NCBI GenBank assembly: GCA_029247365.1
Contig: JAQWLJ010000021.1
Coordinates: 547-64,546 of the forward strand
Length of the DNA: 64,000 nt
Reading direction: 5' to 3'
DNA from: Acidimicrobiales bacterium
GTDB taxonomy: Bacteria; Actinomycetota; Acidimicrobiia; Acidimicrobiales; Aldehydirespiratoraceae
Part shown: positions 63,731 through 64,000 of the stretch, in pieces
Layout: every line of letters begins with the position of its first letter
How positions within the stretch are numbered: position 1 is the first letter of the stretch
Program-made: the position numbers and the translations under genes
Notes under the pieces: model-generated
What the model saw: the letters and a program-made list of their open reading frames with translations, nothing else
Databases searched by the model: none
Told to the model about the DNA's origin: nothing

Positions 63731-63893
63731 TGGGCCAAGGCTAGTTGGCTCAGCCGACGGCGAGCTCCGACTCGAACTCGACCGTCTGAACGACGCGAGC
63801 GACGCGGTCGCAAAACTCGAGAACGCCTTCATCAAGGGATTCCCGTCCTACGCCCGCAAGGCGAAGGTCGCGTCGACCAAGACCAGAACGTGA
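63702..63893 (+). CDS. candidate small protein (63 codons), unannotated type
   Basis: Fills the aroE-aroB gap. 49 of 63 codons end in G/C. The composition is protein-like (ELRLELDRLNDASDAVAKLENAFIKGFPSYARKAKV). In-frame starts occur only at 63702-63710, antisense to the aroB 5' end. Confidence 0.35.
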   Translation: MMVAIEPDVIGPRLVGSADGELRLELDRLNDASDAVAKLENAFIKGFPSYARKAKVASTKTRT

Positions 63894-63896
63894 GAA

Positions 63897-64000
63897 CTAT
63901 GTGCGTTTTGAGCGTATGACGTCGCGCATCGCATCGACGGGTGCTGAGACACCAGTCCACAGTTCGATCTGGATCGCCGCCTGGTGAAGCAGCATCGGCA
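63897..64000 (-). CDS. aroE: shikimate dehydrogenase, C-terminal end (partial, continues beyond the right edge)
   Basis: PMLLHQAAIQIELWTGVSAPVDAMRDVIRSKRT-stop matches the AroE C-terminal M-L-x-x-Q-A-x-x-x-F-x-L-W-T-G pattern. Confidence 0.75.
   Translation of the reverse strand, partial: PMLLHQAAIQIELWTGVSAPVDAMRDVIRSKRT

Noticed and set aside
63731-63835. aroB starting at TTG 63835 or ATG 63832, as in the ORF track.
   Set aside because: The extra 34-35 residues are 40 percent serine with no counterpart in AroB N-termini. ATG 63730 gives the canonical start MTSGSIATITVDLGDRGYPVLVG. The case stays ambiguous because the frame shares wobble positions with the plus-strand small ORF.

Overview
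This is a GC-rich, very compact actinobacterial-type chromosome segment. It holds roughly 70 genes, about 60 of them on the minus strand, and many are chained by 1- or 4-nt stop/start overlaps. The left edge is the 5' end of a 16S rRNA gene on the minus strand.

Most of the window is core housekeeping, in a gene order I recall from Mycobacterium and Streptomyces:
- tyrS
- the argCJBDFRGH operon followed by mpg
- infC-rpmI-rplT-trmH...pheST
- hisG
- def-fmt-rsmB...ribD
- pyrR-pyrB-pyrC-carAB-(pyrD)-pyrF-mihF-gmk-rpoZ-coaBC-metK-priA
- aroE-aroB-pepP-efp-nusB

The clearly accessory part is about 10.5 kb between argC and pheT. It contains an aldehyde dehydrogenase, an eroded M24-peptidase pseudogene, cobS-cobT, and a sulfoacetaldehyde/taurine module (aminotransferase-pta-tauE-tetR-xsc). 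A smaller accessory group (amidohydrolase, CoA-transferase, EamA, azlCD) lies at 32.7-37.0 kb.

I found no CRISPR array, tRNA, transposase, integrase, phage gene or recognisable defence system. I cannot honestly point to a convincing novel multi-gene system.

The observations most worth follow-up are:
- a terminator-shaped hairpin inside the long infC leader, possibly an attenuator
- a one-base frameshift in mpg at a homopolymer
- the decayed M24 gene
- the TetR-associated xsc module, with cobS-cobT attached 4 nt downstream and shared AT-rich motifs in its promoter spacers
- an unannotated, protein-like 63-codon ORF in the aroE-aroB gap

The taxonomic guess (an Acidimicrobiia-like actinobacterium) is unverified. 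All homology statements come from reading motifs by eye, not from searches.
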